Assembly: GCA_013239625.1 (NCBI GenBank)
Contig: MU053934.1
Location: 10,641,003-10,705,002 of the forward strand
DNA from: Lama guanicoe
Lineage: Eukaryota
Length of the DNA: 64,000 nt
Direction: 5' to 3'
This document shows, piece by piece, positions 61,151 through 64,000 of the stretch. The notes under the pieces are model-generated. The model was not told the DNA's origin, searched no databases, and saw nothing but the letters and a program-made list of their open reading frames with translations. The position numbers were made by a program, and so were the translations under genes. The first letter of the stretch is position 1. The number at the start of each line of letters is the position of its first letter.

Positions 61151-63224
61151 GGCAGAAAGATCAGTGTTCCCCACAACCACCCACAAAGCAGGCGTGGTTA
61201 GCCCTTGTTTCATGGATGTAGCCCCCTCACCGGGCAGTTCTGGCCGTCGGGTGAGTTGACCACGTGACGGGTGTGACCTGGGCGATGGCGGGCAGCACTG
61301 ACTCCGTGGGTTCAGAGGCAGAAGCCCAGAGGCACTGCACACCTCTGTCCTGGTGCTCAGTCGGCCCTGAGTGACTGTGATGGAGCCTGGAGGCTGTGGC
61401 AGGTCCAGGCGGGCATGTCTCAGCCCCCTTATTAGCAAGAGTCCAAGCAGGCAGGGTAGGGGCCTCCTGACACAATATTTAGGGCTGGGGAAGGGTGCTG
61501 GGTGGAGGGGGGGATCTGAAACTGAAGGTTCAGCAAAGGGGAGGGTCTTCCTCAAGGTCAAAGCCTCCAGGAGCAGAATCACTGCCCACTCCCCCACGGA
61601 CGTGCCCCTGCCATGCCCAGCCCCGCTCGGCCGTCCCCATCTGGACACAGTCCTGTCCCGTGTGGGACAGTGCTGACTGCTGACCGAATCGGGGTGTACA
61701 GGGAACACCACACTGACCAGGGGCACCCCAGCCCTTGGCTCCCCGTTCTAGGCTCCCCAGCATCCTCTCCCAGCTGCTTCTTGCCGATCTGACCTGGGCC
61801 TCCGTAGGCCCGGAGCCCCTCTTTCTGGGGGTGGGGGACAGGCACTCTGAGTTTCTTCCCTGGTCTCTCGCCCCTGGGCTGGACCCACGACCTTGCAGAG
61901 TGCCCGTGCCAGGGAGGAATGCGGACCCCTGCCTGGCTCCCCTTCGCATCTTCCCTTCCTGGCTGATCTCAGCTTCCAGCAGGACCACGCGATGAGCCCT
62001 CTGTTGCCAACCAGGACTTTGTCCCTCCTGGCCTGGCCCCGCTGCTTCCCCGCTGCTTGGTGTCTGCTGACGGGCACGCCAGCCTCCCGGGACAGGCTGA
62101 GCTCGGGCTGTGCCCCGGAGTCCCTCGCACCCTTGGGCCCTTCCAGTAGCGGGGCACGGACTTTAACCTCCTCCCCCTCCCTGAGCCACCCCCTCAGGCC
62201 ACACACAGAGCCGCCTCTCTCTCCTGCCTCCCTGACCCGAGGCCAGGCCAGGTGGCCCCCTCCCAGGGGTGCAGAGCCAGGCAGGCCTCTCACCTGCCCC
62301 CCAGGTGTGCAGCTCCCGGATGGACCCCTCCTTCCTGCGGAAATGCAGCGCAGCCTGAGGACTTCGGGCTGGTGACTGCGCTTCTCTGACTTCCTGGACA
62401 CGCTGGGGTCCCCAGACACAAGGGTTTCTACCGCGTGACACCCGGTGGGCCCATGGGCGCTGCCAGCTCAGCGGTGGCTCACGGGGATGGCCCCCTCTGC
62501 TCTCGCCTTTTCTTAAGAGGATTAAGAGGAAGCCTGAGCTTGGGAGAGGCCTTTGCCAGAAGCTGTGGGTCCTCTCCCCACCCCGGATGGCTAAAGCTGG
62601 GCAATCGAATGTTTTTCTGGAAGAGGAAGGCGCATAGATCAGGACGTGCAAAGCCCGGATTGCCTGTCTCCAGGTGCAGGAGACAACGCTCCCGCCGCTG
62701 AGAGATGAGAACTGCACCCCTGTCTTCTCGGGGGTGACCTTGGGCGAGGGAACCGGCGCCCCAGCCCCAGCTCCCCGAGAGGTGGGGCAGGGCCCCGCGC
62801 TCTCTCCCCGGGGACGCGCCATCGTGGGCGTGCGTTTTGCTGGCCCGGCTGTTTGTCAGTTCACCTTTCCCCAGCTTCCTCTGTGCCGGACACGGGCATA
62901 GAGACCCCCTCCCCACGCTGTGGGAGGGTCAGGGACCCCTCAGGACAGAGGGGGAGCTCTGGTCCTCCCACCCCTTCATCCTCCCCCCATGTGCGGACCT
63001 GCCCCCGCCCTCACCCTGGACCTGGTGGCCTGTCTGGCACGGAGCAGCGCCCCTAAGCGTTTGGGGGTGTCGAGCCGATTCGGCGCCGATCCCAGAGGGG
63101 CCGCAGGACTGGGAGGAGGAACCAGGCTTCAGGCCACTAGTATCTGTGCTCCCAGCCCCGCTCGGCCACCTCCAAGCCCGGAGCAGCGCGGCGGCCTCAG
63201 AACTCCCCGATCCCCCACCGTCTC

Positions 63225-63670
63225 CGGTGTGAAAATTGCCGTAATGCCAGCGCCGGGGAGCCGGCCGGCCGTCACAGCGACGGCTGCAAAGCGCCTTGTG
63301 CGTATGAGGCGCGCCCTCAGCAGGACCAGGGCCGTTATAATGGTGGTCATCATGATCATTACTGTTTGTCTGACACTTCCTGGCTGATTTTTATTCCAAA
63401 AAAACGTCAACTGCTAGCTATTTATACATATATTTAAAAAAACTCTGAAACCACAGCACATGCAAACAGCCGCGTCCACCACCTTTGATACGAACGCGCA
63501 CCGACCAGAGACAATAGCTGTATTTTCTTGCTTTTAAAAGGAATTGTGTGCTTTAATTAAGGGGAAAAAAGGAGAAAGTTTCCTCTCGGCATATTAATTA
63601 TCTCGCTTGTCATGTGAGGTATTTGTTCCGGATGACAGCCCGTAATTAGCGCACAGAACAGACCAAGTTC
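63225..63670. promoter_or_regulatory. Enhancer-like unique block
   Basis: AT-rich island in GC-rich DNA with CCTTTGAT (TCF/LEF), TTAATTAA, ATTAATTA and TGACAG-N4-TAATTA. Confidence 0.45.
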
Positions 63671-63864
63671 CCCCGGAGAAGCCTCGTGTCTGGGGGGCCT
63701 GGGCTGGCCAGGTCCCGGCTCTTCCCCAGCTGTGGGGAGGGCGGGAAAAAAAAAGGGGCTGGGGTCTCCCTGGGTTCAGACGTGAGGAAGAAAAAGCAAA
63801 TCATCACTGCCTCCCCGAGGGCGCCCACGACGCTGTGCCTCCTCCCGGGGGTAGGGGGACCGGG

Positions 63865-63950
63865 ACCACGGCGCCACTCCCGGACTCACCAAGGACGACA
63901 CAGTGACCTTGGCCAGTTCCTTCAGAGCCCTGAGCATCTCCCATCACACC
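63865..63950 (+). mobile_element. MIR fragment
   Basis: cagtgaccttggccagttccttcagagccctgagcatctcccatc resembles the MIR core. Confidence 0.5.
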
Positions 63951-64000
63951 GCAGAATGCCGACCGAGGCGGGGCCTCCAGGCAGGGCCACGGGTGGACCC

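Noticed and set aside
63880..64000. Minus-strand GTGAGT donor suggesting an exon at the window end
   Set aside because: Sequence resembles a MIR relic and the open frame is unrecognisable.
1..64000. Prokaryotic features (operons, CRISPR arrays, defence systems)
   Set aside because: Mammalian repeat landscape; no gene-dense coding or repeat-spacer array seen.

Overview
This is mammalian, not microbial, genomic DNA, most likely from a camelid: it carries a vic-1-like tRNA-derived SINE at ~21.2 kb and a cetartiodactyl-type young L1 3' end at ~17.8-18.5 kb. I find no recognisable protein-coding exon, RNA gene or CRISPR array. The window reads as a GC-rich gene desert or very large intron. It is a mosaic of decayed L1, L2, MIR, MaLR/ERVL LTRs and one hAT MITE, separated by unique blocks with developmental-enhancer-like motifs, plus an 831-N assembly gap (31764-32594). 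The ORF track reflects GC-rich stop-poor frames and decayed L1/ERVL fragments. I see no convincing new 'system'. The most interesting signals are: (1) localized AT->GC-shifted transposon relics that now look like CpG islands, consistent with GC-biased gene conversion, best shown by an MLT2 LTR at 53117-53566; (2) a candidate 6-nt microexon at 45938-45943; (3) a twin-primed 5'-inverted L1; (4) patchwork fillers inside old L1s; (5) a regularly spaced AP-1 triplet and CTCF/homeobox motif clusters. Repeat subfamily names come from recalled consensus motifs, and boundaries are approximate until RepeatMasker/Dfam is run.
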